Positions 63,801 through 64,000 of a stretch of 64,000 bases of DNA are shown here, piece after piece. Made by a program: the position numbers and the translations under genes. The notes beneath the pieces were generated by a model that saw only the letters and a list, made by a program, of their open reading frames with translations, had not been told where the DNA came from and did no database searches. The stretch is from Chrysomallon squamiferum (Eukaryota > Animalia > Mollusca). Numbering within the stretch: position 1 is the stretch's first letter; each line of letters begins with the position of its first letter. The stretch lies in NCBI GenBank assembly GCA_012295275.1, contig CM022671.1:26102001-26166000 (forward strand). Direction: 5' to 3'.

Positions 63801-64000
63801 ACACTGAAACAACAACAGTGCTGGCACCTGCTGATCCAGGAAGATACACTTCAACAGAACAAACAACTACAAGAACAACAAAGAAACCTAAAACAACAAA
63901 GAGTAAGAAGCACTGGAAAAAGACAACAGTCCCCTACTTAGAGACAGCATCTGGATCCAAAGAGAAGAGTTGGATGACAACTGAAATCAGTGGACAAGCT
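33548..64000 (+). CDS. DAG1: Dystroglycan (alpha-DG N-terminal domain plus very long mucin-like region), 3'-partial
   Basis: Coding exon 33548-33769 has a signal peptide [20 protein letters not shown] and [13 protein letters not shown]...KLK|gtgag. It joins in phase 0 to an exon starting at 61436 (ttttcag|[24 protein letters not shown]...DVFQITV...SAGPG...LSWYLAC...[10 protein letters not shown]...KRRRRQ), which I read stop-free to 64000 (855 codons). This matches the alpha-DG Ig-like plus S6-like domains, the furin site and a Ser/Thr/Pro-rich region. Beta-DG is not in the window. Confidence 0.88.
38093..38326. repeat. 47-bp tandem repeat, 5 copies
   Basis: Unit aataacaaactgaagtattaatgttttagataataaaattttacatt at 38093, 38140, 38187, 38234 and 38281. 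Confidence 0.92.
38990..42800. repeat. Tandem segmental repeat of a ~0.9-1.3-kb unit: three near-complete copies plus a decayed fourth
   Basis: Shared markers: gatgggac(g/t)ttt near 39039, 39946, 41234 and 42259; atggtgtagtcatggtgatg near 39423, 40547 and 41621; aaaatggaggagaaaaagaaac near 39782, 41069 and 42133. Confidence 0.92.
44144..44416. repeat. 30-bp minisatellite, about 9 degenerate copies
   Basis: Consensus ggactacaagtatttagaatgtgaccattt. It explains the periodic ORF 44172-44354. Confidence 0.85.
45086..45153. repeat. (GA)n microsatellite
   Basis: Directly visible. Other long simple repeats: (TA)n about 40194-40252, (TG)n about 48450-48489 and 48743-48778, (CA)n about 51430-51478, (TAA)n about 56325-56375 and 57753-57823, (CTT)n(ATT)n about 20270-20315. 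Confidence 0.95.
50430..50915. repeat. About 35-bp degenerate minisatellite, roughly 13 copies
   Basis: The consensus tttaacaattacaaatgtatctcttgctctctgtct recurs head-to-tail. Confidence 0.85.
56420..57760. repeat. Direct tandem duplication, two copies of about 0.6-0.7 kb
   Basis: cccataaattagaaaataacatttattggctggaatattctaaa near 56457 and 57216; aaattcagtgagttgaacaaaaatcattaatttaattattaaaatgtccttctatgttactgtctgagattcgtaca near 56796 and 57464; gatatgtaaccag near 57051 and 57723. Confidence 0.92.

Noticed and set aside
62176-63941. ORFs 62176-62541 (-), 62617-62856 (-), 63678-63941 (+), and likewise 61506-61694 (+), 25502-25834 (+), 18868-19083 (+)
   Set aside because: They are antisense or off-frame shadows of real exons.

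Overview
Very AT-rich, intron- and microsatellite-rich animal genomic DNA (an invertebrate, plausibly a mollusc; taxon is inference only). I assembled five spliced genes by hand, with GT-AG boundaries and consistent phases. (1) A complete B-Raf-type kinase on the minus strand (16142..133, 17 exons, about 801 aa). (2) NUDT16 (minus, 3 exons, 222 aa). (3) SUMF1/formylglycine-generating enzyme (plus, 8 exons, 375 aa), head-to-head with NUDT16. (4) A transposase-less SETMAR-type SET-domain gene (minus, 2 exons, 292 aa), tail-to-tail with SUMF1. (5) The 5' part of a dystroglycan gene (plus), with a 27.7-kb intron and a second coding exon of at least 855 codons that runs off the window and is missing from the ORF track. 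Most notable: a six-copy tandem array that duplicates the splice acceptor and first codons of the Raf RKTR dimerisation exon; a divergent Ras-binding strand and a long RBD-CRD linker in Raf; a candidate 21-nt microexon; a U12 intron; a dystroglycan mucin region over 640 aa with Ser-Gly clusters; and SUMF1-SETMAR adjacency matching human 3p26. I found no prokaryotic-type system, CRISPR array, tRNA or rRNA.
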